A stretch of DNA of 64,000 nucleotides from Balanoglossus misakiensis (lineage: Eukaryota; Animalia; Hemichordata). A program made the position numbers and the translations under genes. The notes beneath the pieces were generated by a model. It was not told the DNA's origin and ran no database searches. It was given only the letters and a program-made list of their open reading frames with translations. Shown piece after piece: positions 50,328 to 63,419 of this stretch; position 1 is the first letter of the stretch, and every line of letters starts with the position of its first letter. The stretch spans positions 5,386,699 through 5,450,698 of the forward strand of contig CM082581.2 of the NCBI GenBank assembly GCA_040954595.2, in the 5' to 3' direction.

Positions 50328-50385
50328 ATGGAGGTGTTCAAGATCGTTGTCTTCTTCTGCACACTTGTGGGCTTCCATCTTCCAG
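50328..50385 (+). CDS. nAChR-like gene 2, probable signal-peptide exon 1
   Basis: Good start context agcatcATGG; hydrophobic MEVFKIVVFFCTLVGFHLP; ends CAG|gttggt in phase 1, completing GAC (Asp) with exon 59008. Confidence 0.75.
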
Positions 50386-53300
50386 GTTGGTGTTTTTTCA
50401 GCATCATCACGCATAGATAGATTTAGAAATAACCCGTCATAACCATGGTAACAATGTCGCAAACGACTGCTTACATGTATTTGTTTTTGTCACCCAAGAA
50501 CTTGCTGAAGTGAGGCATCTGATTACTGTGAAAATGTGGTGGTCAGATTCGTCCGTCACTTGTCACCACAAATCTCTTAAAAGATTTCCGTATTCCACAT
50601 TGTAGTTCACTGGTTTGATTCGCACTGCTGATATTACCCCTTTAAATAATATCGGTCGGGCGAGAGCGTTCGCCTACTGCCACAACCAATTAGTTTGAAT
50701 TAGCAGCACCCGCAAAACTCACACAAAGTACTCTAATTAACCTGCGGTGGGCACATACCGACAAAGACTTGCAAATGCTCCACCAAGAACTGTTGCATAA
50801 GTCGACAGGTGCCCAGCAGGAACGCCGCGGTTCACATTTCGGTTAGAATTGAGAAAGATGGGAAAATTGGGGCTGGGGTCGTTGTTAATTACTTGATAAC
50901 GGGAAAGAAAACATCCATTGTCTTGAGTGAACGACACCGAGCTGTATATAGCATGCACCTGTCAATTACAAGTGACGTAAGCATGACTGAAATGTCACAG
51001 ATGTTTGAGTGCAGTGTCGTTTCTAGTCAAAGTGTCATAATGTGAGCATAATGGCAACCTATAGAATGAACCACTATCACGTTCTGTTCAAGACCACTGT
51101 GACTATTTACTTTGTTGAGGACCCCCACTTCAGATTAAAAGGATATATTTGTCAAGTACATCGATCTGCATGGATGTTGTCCGCCGCAGAATTCAAGGGT
51201 TACATTTGGACGGTGAAGTTTGGTCGACTTCAATACTAGCGCAGTTCAGAGTAAATCGCCCTTCTCATAAAATAACAATGGGCTACAGAAAATATTTTGG
51301 TAATTTACAAGATGATATGCATCGCGCGCCATTGTTTTTTCCTGAAAGGGGTTTGGGAGACTTCTGAAATTGTTTTCATTCGTGACAATATTAAGACTTC
51401 AGACTGGTCTCAGTTTAACTCCAGAAATGAACTTGAAGGCGATTAATATCACGTATGCAATGAAAAACTGCGAGACTGACTGTAGTATCCAGATGTCCTA
51501 CTCAAATGGTCATTGCGGAAAAGTAGAGTAATATCAAATGGCGTATGTCGTCTGTGTGTAGAAGAATTAATCGGTCAAAAACTGACCCTTATTGAAGTAA
51601 AGGAAATGCGTGAAATACCACGCATGAAAATAAAACAAAACAATAACAAGAGGCGGCGTAAAACAATAAACGTCTGACAATGAAAAGCATGCATCAGAAG
51701 CTTGTCTCGGTCTTTCCCTCTCATCCCTTCACATAACCGTTTCTTACATAACTAATATGTATATACAATGGGTGAAAGTATTTGTCTCGTGTTCACAAAT
51801 GATAAATCGTCATGAAAGATGGCGGTTTGCCCAGCAACGGAATTCGGCGACACCTTCTTGACAAATGCATGATCGTCAGGTTAATTACGTACTTCTCGCC
51901 AGGATTTACGTTGAACGGCGATTTGTCCTGTACCTTGTTTGGGTGATTTGTGGCCTACCGCTATAACGGTAAAACATTCGGCCATTGTCTTGTTCAAGCT
52001 GTGACGCCCATAATTGCTGTTTTCTTGTATTTCAAAAGCATTTGACAACTCCCCGTCGAATGGGCATCTCAAAGCAATGTGATAATGAAGAATCGCGAAC
52101 AGCCTATTGATATCTGTGCTGCAGCTATTAGAGTTAGATTCGTGTTCGGACATAATGCACGCAGTGCCTTTCGTGTCAAATCTATCAACAGAGCACCACA
52201 CCGCGAAGCTACACCAGCCGCGTGCAATCTCCGGACATGCAACGTGTTGTCACGTCTCAGTAATGATGGCAACAACGGTACACTGTTCCAAACACTGTCA
52301 CGAAATCCAGAACATCAAACGACCGTGACAGTCATTCTCGTCTAACAGCTGCGTCGCATTCATCGTCTTATGTTTATTTTATTACAAACTATTTCATTCT
52401 CTCTGTTTTGAGAAAACAAAGAAATTGGCCAACAGAGGCGACGTTTCAACTGGTGTTTTTCGCATGACACACCATTCCAGCCAAGCAGCAGATGGCGCGC
52501 CTTGCAACAGCCCGATATTTAAATCTGCTTCAAAATTCAAGGTGAGCGCACGCATTATAATGGAACACACAGCACGACAAAAGATCTAACTAAACAAAAT
52601 AATGACATTTATTTTCGACGAGATGTTCATCATCGGTCACACACAAAGATTTAATAGTCGTTATAAAGTTAACATGTAAGCTTTCCAAAGGAAGACAGTA
52701 TATCAATCTGTGAAATCAAATTGATCAACTTACTAGCAAAAAAACGTCTGACCAAGCAAGTTTGGAAGTTAACATTCGCAGTAAATATTCGCTATAATTT
52801 AGAGAAGTTAACACCTCTGATTTTATATTTGCGAAAGTTAAATAATATGTTTTAAAATATAAACGCCGATTTTTGGCTAACCCGTTTGACCAAACAGTAT
52901 GAAAGGCATCTCACTAAAGTTCCCTCGCGTGATCGGTGTGGTATGGAGCTTCTGACAGTAAACGGATTGGTTTTTATCTGGTGGCGTTACCCTTGGTGGT
53001 GATACAAAAGAAGACGAGCGATCGCCTCGCGCCCTTGGGATTGCAAGAATGACGATGCGGCAAATGCTATCCATATCATTGCCGAGTGTGAAATTCCTCG
53101 TTTGAAATGATATGCCGTTGGTAGATGCCGCACTCGCCTTAGACATTTTGCCTTCTATTGCTTCGATGAAAGGAAAGAGGTGGTCTTGGAAACCACGCGT
53201 TAAAACAAACTCTCCGAGATGAACCTGCCCTCGCTGAGAAAAAAAAGAACGCATTCCGGGTTTACATCACAATTAAAAGCAAACTACACTAATTGTTGGT

Positions 53301-54699
53301 CGTGTGCCATACCAAGGCGAGCAACGGGGGTCACACAGGAGGAAATAGGGCATCTGGAGATCGATATGACAATTATCAACATCAACAAACAAATTACAAC
53401 AAGAAGAGAGAAACACGGAGAGTTCACTGGAGCCAACCGGCGCCTGGAAAAGGACGCGTTCCCGTGTGACCTTCGCTATCTCGTTTTGTGAGTGTTTAAT
53501 ATGCGAACGACCCTTAGGGTACATTTAATGTAATTGCCCGTTGCCCGACTTCAAAAGAATAATTGTAGGTTGGCCACGCTCCCTCACAAGCGATTCCTGC
53601 ACAGATCATCAATTAGCAATTTGACATCGTTACGTAAGCAAGGACGTTACATACACGCTGCAAATAAAGCCCTATAACCATGGACAGTAGAAAGACACAT
53701 TCCAATAAAACAAAACAAAACAAAACAATTCAAAGTACGTTCAATGCTCATGTCTCCGTTTCGGACTAATTCAGAAGGCTGCCATGGTGCAATCAACGAA
53801 ACAAGTGAAATTTCAACCTAAAGAATTAAACAATAGTATTCTTGACTATTTACGACAGGACAATGCCTCATTATATGCTAATATAGCACGAATAAGAACA
53901 ATAGTAAACGATAAGGTGGCTACTCCGTGACTTCAGTGGAACTCAAGCACAAAAGTAATCCGGCCCGCAGAATTAAAAGCACATACTGGGCCACTCATCT
54001 CGAAGTTGAAAGCACTGTATTACACTAGAAAAGCCTCTTCTACGGGACAATTGGTATCAACACGTACAAAGATTCTTTTTCACATGCATGCATTAAAACG
54101 GAGTATGACGTGAAGGGTCAATGATGCAGTGAAACTTTCTTTGGTTTGGTATTTGTCAATTGTATTGGTATTTGCAAAGACATGCAGATACAATGTAGGC
54201 CTACATTGCTTAAAGTACCACTCCAAATATTGGCTGGTGTGAGTTTGAGACCTCATTTGTTTAATTAATTAATGAAAACGCGAGGCTTCAGTGCCACGAA
54301 ACAATGGTATACATATTTAAATTAATTGGCAATTAACGTAATAGCACTATCAATTGCTACATCATGAATACATAATGTATGTATGTATGTATGTATGTAT
54401 GTATGTATGTATGTATGTATGTATGTATGTATGTATGTATGTATGTATGTATGTATGTATGTATGTATGTATGTATGTATGTATGTATGTATGTATGTAC
54501 ATGTATGTATGTATGTATGTATGTATGTATGTATGTATGTATGTATGTATGTATGTATGTATGTATGTATGTATGTATGTATGTATGTATGTATGTATGT
54601 ATGTATGTATGTATGTATGTATGTATGTATGTATGTATGTATGTATGTATGTATGTATGTATGTATGTATGTATGTATGTATGTATGTATGTATGTATG

Positions 54700-54730
<31 letters not shown>

Positions 54731-57700
54731 TGCTTGCATGTGTAATCATGAGTAATTTGTGGCGTTCGTCTTATTATCCTAACTTTACTGACAGCGTTCA
54801 GATAAGCCGCCCACTGTGGAAATTAGATATTGTAAATAATTGAAACCGTTTTCGATATGATCTACCTTGATATGTATTAAACGTTTCATAATTTATCAGT
54901 TCCAATTTTCGCCAAATGGACACGATAGCAGAATTTCAATCCTTACGATCTAAAGAGTATCCTATGATAACGTTTCTAATCTTCATCGGTATAGTATATG
55001 GTACATAAAGATACTGGTATTATTTTTCATTCATACTAGTCAATTTTTGACATTCCACTAGTGTATTGAATTCTGCGGGTCACAATATGCAGATATGCAA
55101 ATAAACAAATATGCTGGTAACAAGAACAATATTCTGCTCCGAACGAATAATGGGATGGATGAATTATGCAAATGACCCTCTGGAATTTAATGGCGGGACA
55201 CAATTAGATCAGATCTGCCCGCATTCTGCACTGTACTGTCAAAATAAACCCCACACACACTTCCGTACTCTTGATCATGTAAGGGTACCTGATACTGTTT
55301 ATCGGCATATAACCGGCGCTTGATGAATTGTGCCACGGTCGTGTTGTCACCAACAGACCTACTGAGTGGAAATCTCTGCGCAATTATCATCAATATCTGA
55401 GCAGAAATGTGGGTCTTTCAAACGCCGTGACACGTCACAACTAACACGATTGATGGACATATTTTGTGATCGAAGTACTAAATCTCTGTTTTTTTGAAAA
55501 TTTCATCGCTTCTGCCGGGATTCATTTAAGTGCGGTGTTCCACTTGACTAATTACCTATTTCGTGGGCGAAAGTGCATCGGAATCCGTTTAGCGTAGACC
55601 TATAATTAATCATCAATACGTATACACTAGCTTTTATCGTCGGCTCATTATCGTCTTTCGTCAAATGGAAATGCGCGCCTAGATGTTGAATAGTTCATGG
55701 TGATGACATCAGAACAATTGTTGTTTGCCAGAACACGTAGTCAAAAGCTTGGTTTCAATACGATTATTTGAGAGTTAGCTAACATCTTTGAGAAAGGGCG
55801 TTGCTTAACTTGGAAACCTACATGTATTCTTGTTTACCTTTTTCTAGCATGCGACTTGAAGGCACCCAATGTGTGTTGGTCGGTTCTTCATAACGCCTCA
55901 TAAAGTGATGACGTCACTGAAATGTGTTACAGACCTCACATGAGTTTGTGACTATTGTTTAAACGTTTGCCCGTAATTCTCGCCCAAATTGTCATATTCG
56001 CTTTGACTCTTCTCTGTTTATTCGGCAATGAAAGATTATAGGGTTGGCGGGTGAAATTAGTGTAGTTTCTGGTTACCGTAACTACAATGCATTTCTGTGG
56101 TCTGTATGGTTTCTAGTCTGGAATCACTCTCATTTGTAAAATTGGCCTGGACATGTTTGGTATTTGCGAATGGAATTTTGCTGTACAAAATGATATTTTT
56201 TTTATAAAGTCCTAGAAAAATAGTCAGCAAAACACCGCCAATACTGCTAATGTTTGTGATTCTAGCAAAGTTACCGTGACAAAAAAGTGTTGGTATTGAC
56301 GTTTTGAAACTCTTCAAAATTACTTTTATCGTAGTTTACCTATGTGTTATTACTATACATTGTCATTATAATTGAGGAAATGAATGGTTGGGTTGCATAA
56401 CCATTATGTTCAACACAAAGAAGATAAGAACATCGTCACTGAATATATCACAATGCTATGAATTATCTACCGTTATTGTACGTGTCTACCATTGTGTCTA
56501 CCATGATAAATGCCACACATACTTGCACCTGTCTGATTAACCTTCTTGGATTCTTGTAACAGCCTCAGCTGTATGGCGTTTACGTCACAAGGCATTCATA
56601 ATATTAGTGAGGCTTCATTCCTGTACATGTAACAGGCAGATTAGCTGCTTTCGCACAGTAACCGATACTTATCACTGTACATGTAAGTCTTATCCAATGT
56701 GATGCTAAGGAATTGCACGGGCGATTCAATATTCAGCGGCCAGCTTTACCGTCGGATCCGCTCTGTACTTTGTGTCAGTTCAACGGTTCCGAGGAAGTCA
56801 CCTTGAAGGTGTAAGATCGATGCGAGGCCCAGGAAGAGGAGAACTCACAGGGGTCGTGATAGATTAGGGAGAACGCTTGTAATCACACATGATGCCCGGT
56901 ATAACCAAGCGGTATATCCGACTAAAACTATCATACTGCCAACTAAATACATGTAACCCTAATTTGTTACTGAGTCAACCGATGTAAGGAATGCATGTTC
57001 GCTGCGGTATGAAAGGGTCTTGATTACCGACCTCAAGTCGCATTCCCTCTGCAGACATAAATTTCCTCGCTGATATACGACTCCCATCTATAGCGCGCAT
57101 ACTTTACAAAGCCGAATTTTCAAGCCGTAAGCCGATGGGATTGTGATGTTTGCGTAGACTCAATCCGAGCATAGCGAGTAAAAGCTTTGCTGGGACTAGA
57201 TAATGCGTGGAATCCGGGGCGCTAGCACACGTCCGTAAACAATTCACGGTTTCTAGTTCCTCGTCTCATCACAAAACGATCACAGCATCCCTCGCGCTCT
57301 TGGTTTTAATGAACTGAGCGCGCGGTTCCCTATTGAGTTCTGGGCACCATTCTGATAAAACTGTACAAATAGTAAAGAAATATCGACTGACAGAGGTAAT
57401 TGAAGAACAAATTGAGATATTAGCATCTTCATCCTATGCAACATGTATGAATATGTACAATAATGAACACAATTTACATTTGCATATAGGCACCGTTACA
57501 CGTAAACTGCGGAAAACACTGTGATCGACTTTGCACTTGGAAGAAAGAAGCTTTCACTAGAAATAACGCTGTCAAATTCATGAATATAAAAAGTGCGAAT
57601 TGATGAATATAAAAGTGTGAATTTATGCACATATTTCAAATAATTTATTCAGTGATTCAATGCTCTGAGCAACGCCGTTGAAAACAAGAGTTATTTGTTG

Positions 57701-60700
57701 ACGTAACCGTAAACGGTACTATTCAGACACTGCCAATAGTTGACGATTCCTTGGGGAATTGCGGAATAACGTAAAATATGTTGTCTATTCGCCCTCATAT
57801 AAATAAGTTGACAAGACACTGAACAGACTTATTAAGTTTTGTTTACTGGCCTGACATGTAACAGTAAAGGCACCTCAGCTGTAAGTTTCCATTGAGTCTG
57901 ACAATGTATAAGTGCAGGGATCGGATCAAGCGATTGTGTCCTGTGTAAAGTTAGGCATTGACAGGTGAAGATTTTTCTACCCCAAAAAAAACCGAATTAT
58001 AAACAAAAGTAAGGTAAAGAGATCATGGCACTTGCATTCATCATAGATGACACAGAATTGAAGAACGTAAAAAACTAACTTCAAGAATCCACTACTGAAT
58101 ATTATTTTCTATATGCGTAAAATCTTGTAATTATTGAATATGATCCTACATTATCAGATCAGATCCATTTCTTCTAACGGCCGCCAAAGAAAAAGAGCGC
58201 ATTCCCACATATTTAATTCAATACGAAGAGACTCGCTGCGAGGACTTGTGATGTTGCGATAACCATCTCCAGACGTCGCAAGTAATATCCCTGAGGTGGT
58301 ACGTCGCGTGTCTGCAGACAGTATTGCGTCGGTATAGTCTGATGGGGGCCCTGTCCACACACGCAGCGATTCAATCGTGCATCACACAATAAATTGAATT
58401 TGGTATTTCATTTCATTCTGCGACAGTCACTATACGAATAACTCACTACATTCTTGATTTGTTTGGGTTGAGCTGTTGGTTTCCAACTGTGTGGGATCAC
58501 ACACTCATATTATGTTTTCAAACATTTAAATTGAAAATAACGAGATCGAAAAAGATATCGCTCACCAAGTACAGAAGAGTCTAATAAGAATGGGAAACGA
58601 AATCAAATTATACCAACTACTTGCATCGAATTTGAGTGAAAAGACGACCTATATTGTATCCGAATGACAGGTTTGGTGTCTATTGTTTACATTCACAAGT
58701 AAGCCCACGGTCTATGCAAGTTGTTTTGAAAACAGACAGGAGACCCTCCTTTATATTAAAAGCTTCCAAACACAATTTGATAGGATAAGGTGCTGATAGG
58801 ATAAGTGGTTATGGTGTAGACGATTAATCATTGATTAAATGTGTTTTATCCGCCATCGATTTCTGTCACTCGACTTGTAATGTGAACATTGCGTTAAAGA
58901 AAGGCGGCCATGTCAGAACGATACTTTTTCGCTTTACTCTATTCTTCCCCAACCGAACTTATATTTTGAAGATTATTGTTTTTTTTTGTTTCTCGTTGTC
59001 ATTTCAGACGTCATATGCAGCGTTCACCATTATCGTTTACTCGATAACTTGTTATCAAACTACAGTGTGTTAGTCAGACCAGTTAAGGACCCCAAAACTG
59101 TGACCGATGTTCACCTGGAGTTCTTCCTCGCTCAAGTCATAGAGATGGTAAGTATCCATGACTTTTTTTATTTCTGCTTGAAACACTAAATTATAAACGT
59201 CCATCGTGAATTGGTACATGTATTTCACCAATTGTTCTCGTGGGCTTGAGCTTACATAACTAGAAGGATACAGACTCAGACAAAGTTGCTAATGCGACTC
59301 ATCACAAACAACTCATCAGCTGCTGAATACTCGTGATGCGGACTATTCTGCGGACTATTCTGCTGCGCTCGTGAAAGTACTGCCGCAGAATACAGCGCAT
59401 CACCTGAAAATGACTTTTGTATGGCACAAATCGCGCGCAGAGGCCATGAAGTTCTGTCATAATAAGCTTCATTGCTTTGCTATCCCTAGAATTACAAGGG
59501 AACCGTGACCTGATTCTGCCGATTTGAAAGACCATTTTCCTGTGATATATCCGCTTAGAAAGGAAAACAGTGTTTTCCCCTTTCCCTGAAAAATGCAATT
59601 GTGATCAAAGCACTATTTGGAATAGCGAATGAGATTTGACGAGTTCAGTATCGCGATGTTGTTATCGCAGAGCTTTGAGCCCTTTGGCTGTGCATTTGTG
59701 TTATATTTGACTGCATGTTTTGCTTTGTTCAAGTTATGAACGTTTTTACTATATGACGTGTGTCTGCTGATGTTGAAATCCAGTGATAAAATGCACTCAT
59801 GACTCATGCTGCGTTAACATGTGTCAGCATAAAATGTACTTATGAGGAGTATAGTGGCACTTCAATGAAGTTGTTACCCACTGTCCCAGGAATGAATATA
59901 GCTGCGAGCATAGCAACGGCATTGCGGGAACGCCAGGGGAAACAAACACTGACACATTTTTGAAATTATACATTTAACTACTATTAAATTCCCAGAATCA
60001 AAACAAACATCCACTTGTTGTATCAACACACACGCGAGCACTGTCCTCACACTCAGGACAAATCCGGTTTTGGTATAATAAACACGTGGTCCTAGCCTAT
60101 AGCAAAGTTCAGTCGTTACAAATGTATGTACAACTCAGCCTAATTATAAGTGATAGAAGTTTAACGATATGCTAGCTTTAACCACGAACACGTCTGTTTG
60201 TACCAATTAAATAATCTTGCGTGATGTTGGTTAACTGGTTTAATCCCCCAGATACATGTAGGCCAAGGGGCTGGCGTAATAAATGGCGTTTGCAGACAGA
60301 TTACATGACTTGTGTGTAATATACGTCGATTAAGGATTGCAACTATGTGTAAATAAAGACACAGGAGACAATTGGTATATAGATACGTTTCCTTCTAATC
60401 AGTTGTATAATAAAACATCATCACAAAGTTAAAGAACAGAAAACTCAAGGCTTATGTCTACCAGCCCCTCCTCACCCATGTCTGTCTCGGTAACCTGTGC
60501 TGCCCTTGAAATCAAAACAAGTAATTAAAACAGTCGCACTGTCAGTAAATAACTTTAATAAATGTGCGTTAATTTCCTTCCTCTAATCACTTGCAGGATG
60601 AAAAGAGACAAACACTGAAGATAAACGCCTGGCTTACATTGGTAAGTATGAGTACTACTCAAGTCCATGTTCTGTAATCTGTTTATGAATAACTCAAATT

Positions 60701-62489
60701 TGAAAAAGCGAAAGTTTCACGCCGGTCTAAGTACACGTACTTCCAAATCATAGAAATCACCTTAAATCACTTTCAAAATTTTCTCCTAGTAATAAAGTAC
60801 GTGTTGTGAAAGGTTATTTCTCTTCAAAATAGTCCGAACGGAATAAACATCGCCAATTATTGACGCACTGCCAGACAGGATCAGTTTTGGTACAAAATTA
60901 ATGCAATTATTTATATCGGTGATAATTGCGCCAGAATTCCTGTTTCTTGGGACGGCGCTGCGAGAGTTCAAGGAAGAGCAACGAGAAAGGTGACGTCAAC
61001 TATAAAGCAGTTGAACTCACTGTGATTGCCATAATATACGCTTCCGTCGCCGTAAAAATCGTGTCCACAGTTGTAATCCTTTGCAAGACTGCAATTACCC
61101 CTTGTTGAGTACATGCTTATGTAGGTTTAGACACTGACAAGTCCTTATACGTAATTTGACAAACTCCTGTCATAATACACACTTTTCAAAGAGTACGGGT
61201 GACCGGTAAGGGCAGTGACCGAAAGTGGATTTCTTCCCTGTCTACGCCGGAAATAGAGTTTTCAACCACAGGCACACATAGGAAAGTAATAGATTAGCTC
61301 CCAATGTGTTAACTAATCGGAGCCATATTTTTATTTCTTTCAACTAAATTGATTGACCATGTGGCGCTGCTCATATTATGGGATACTAAATCAAAGATTA
61401 CGTGATACATTTGTCTTCTAAAAGCACTGAATAGAAGAGTGTTTACATTTGTACGTTTAGTAAAAACATTAGTATATTACTATCATTTCACGCGAACATG
61501 TAACTTTTAGTGCATGCATGATGACACTGTTGTTTTGTGATTAAATTTCCAAATATTGTCCATATAACATTTTGTTCAAATTACCATAAATATCGAAAAC
61601 GTAGTGACAACGAACGACAATTGATGTCCGACAGCCTGCAATATTTGGCAGGCGTGATTTGAAAGTGTGGTACAGATGGTAAACAAACACTTTTCCATAT
61701 GGTACATACGCTCTCAGCGTGGAACATAGCATATCTGAGAGTGACGGCTGGTTCGACATTTTGTCTGAACGTGAGAATGTGATAAACCGATTCAATCAGC
61801 CATATTTGAAATGAGATGTGTTTAAACATGGCAGATCGCCCGGCCACGGATTGCTGTAATCTGAGATAAATGCGTGTTATTTGAGGTACTTATTCAAACA
61901 ATCGAATACTGATCAGCACGATTTGACATTGTTCTATACTAATTGCGCTGGCCTGTCTTTCTGGACACAACTTTGCACTTCATTTCTGTCCTAATGGAGC
62001 GTGGCGTCACCATGAAAAAAACGAAAGGTCGGGGTGAATACACCCCATTGTTTGAAGGCAAATTTAAAACTATTTAAACTTGTAAACGCGCTAAATCGAT
62101 AAAATTTACATCACAAGACTCTTTCCGGATTGTTTTAAATGCTGCAGTTAACTCGACTTGATGTACTATATTGTATACCTTGTGGACTCAGTGGTCTCTT
62201 CAAATAAGGTTTTAAACAACAAGCAACTGTTTTAGGCAAATTTTTCAGAGACACATTTGTTTAACAGGTGGTGCTTCACTATTGAAAGTTTTTTTTTACT
62301 ATTTTTCAATAATTTAGTTTTTACATTTCACCTTTAACTGAATATCTATTAATTATAACACGAATTTTAAAATTTGCAGAGATGGGTTGACGAGTACCTT
62401 CGATGGAATGTCTCGGATCACGGCGGTGTTTACAACCTGAAGATACCATCAGAGCAAATTTGGATGCCAGATGTTGTCTTATATGATAA
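50328..62489 (+). CDS. Nicotinic acetylcholine receptor-like subunit, gene 2 (5' part); join(50328..50385,59008..59147,60597..60641,62380..62489); continues beyond the window
   Basis: In-frame join gives MEVFKIVVFFCTLVGFHLP-DVICSVHHYRLLDNLLSNYSVLVRPVKDPKTVTDVHLEFFLAQVIEM-DEKRQTLKINAWLTL-RWVDEYLRWNVSDHGGVYNLKIPSEQIWMPDVVLYD. Exon sizes (140/45/110) and phases equal those of gene 1. Confidence 0.92.
54375..54729. repeat. (TATG)n microsatellite, about 355 bp, with one interruption
   Basis: Long perfect array broken once at about 54498 (TACATGTA), where the phase shifts. It explains the MYVC/YIHT ORFs in the track. Confidence 0.98.
57580..57625. repeat. About 23-bp tandem duplication
   Basis: atgaatataaaaagtgcgaattg followed by atgaatataaaagtgtgaattt. 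Confidence 0.7.
59008..59147 (+). CDS. nAChR-like gene 2, 140-nt exon
   Basis: atttcag|...|gtaagt; contains YRLLDNLLSNYSVLVRPV. Confidence 0.93.
60597..60641 (+). CDS. nAChR-like gene 2, 45-nt exon
   Basis: ttgcag|...|gtaagt; translates DEKRQTLKINAWLTL. Confidence 0.92.
62380..62489 (+). CDS. nAChR-like gene 2, 110-nt exon
   Basis: ttgcag|...|gtaagt; translates RWVDEYLRWN...IWMPDVVLYD(N). Confidence 0.93.
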
Positions 62490-63320
62490 GTAAGTTCATG
62501 AAAAGGGCAAAGTCGGCCATCTTTTCACATTGGTTATTTTTTACACCATATTGTATTGCGTTTACCTAGTGTGTATGTCACCATATCAGGTTTGTCCTCT
62601 CACCGTCAAATATTTCGATCACGTGATTTGTGATACATGTACGTTCCAGAAATTGTACTCTCGCAGTATATTTTACCAAGATGTTTGTGCATGCTCAAGG
62701 CGATGTAGCGCTCTCACAGCCAATGATTCGTGTTTTTCGGCAAGCGCAGTGACGTCAGGACTTCTTACGCCAAACAAAAATCCAAAAACAAAAAGTCAAA
62801 ACATGACGACTTCATTCTTTACAAAGACACACTTTGAATCCATACGGGTATGCACAAGCTAGGAAATCACACATGCGTGAATGTTACATTTTATTCGGAC
62901 AAACACCGCCTGTGTTACTTTTAATAATATCAATATAGTATTTCTCAAACGTACAATCGGACGCCGCCATTTCACCCAACTTTAATTAAAAAGGATACAA
63001 GACATTTATTGAGTATGGTGATCGTTATTTATATTTCCTTTCCGGTGAAAAATCTCCTCTATAAGTCTTTTCATCCAATTCGAAGGGGTCACAGGTTCGC
63101 GCCTAACCCAAAAGCGATGCTCAACAATGATGGAATTTCCAATTCATTATTTTGCAACTTCTCGGGAAATTAATTTTGCTCATATAACAAAGCCATTTAC
63201 AGGCAGACGCCAACAAGCAACGGGATTAGTCACCGCGCTGGAAATTTCACTGTATCGTCTACAATAATAACTTCCGTGATGTTATTGTATGTATACTATG
63301 AGATTGACGTGGCTGCCCTT

Positions 63321-63419
63321 AGGGGAGAACCGTTTGATTTCTAGGGGTGGACAGTGGTTGAATGTCTTTGCTGTTATATCCAAATCCCCCACACCCTAGA
63401 AATCAAATGGTTCTCCCCT
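63321..63419. mobile_element. 99-bp MITE-like element with 26-bp terminal inverted repeats, in an intron of gene 2
   Basis: aggggagaaccgtttgatttctaggg (63321-63346) versus ccctagaaatcaaatggttctcccct (63394-63419): one mismatch. T/A-rich flanks. Confidence 0.75.

Noticed and set aside
54354-54843. Long ORFs of MYVC/YIHT repeats
   Set aside because: They are translations of the (TATG)n microsatellite.
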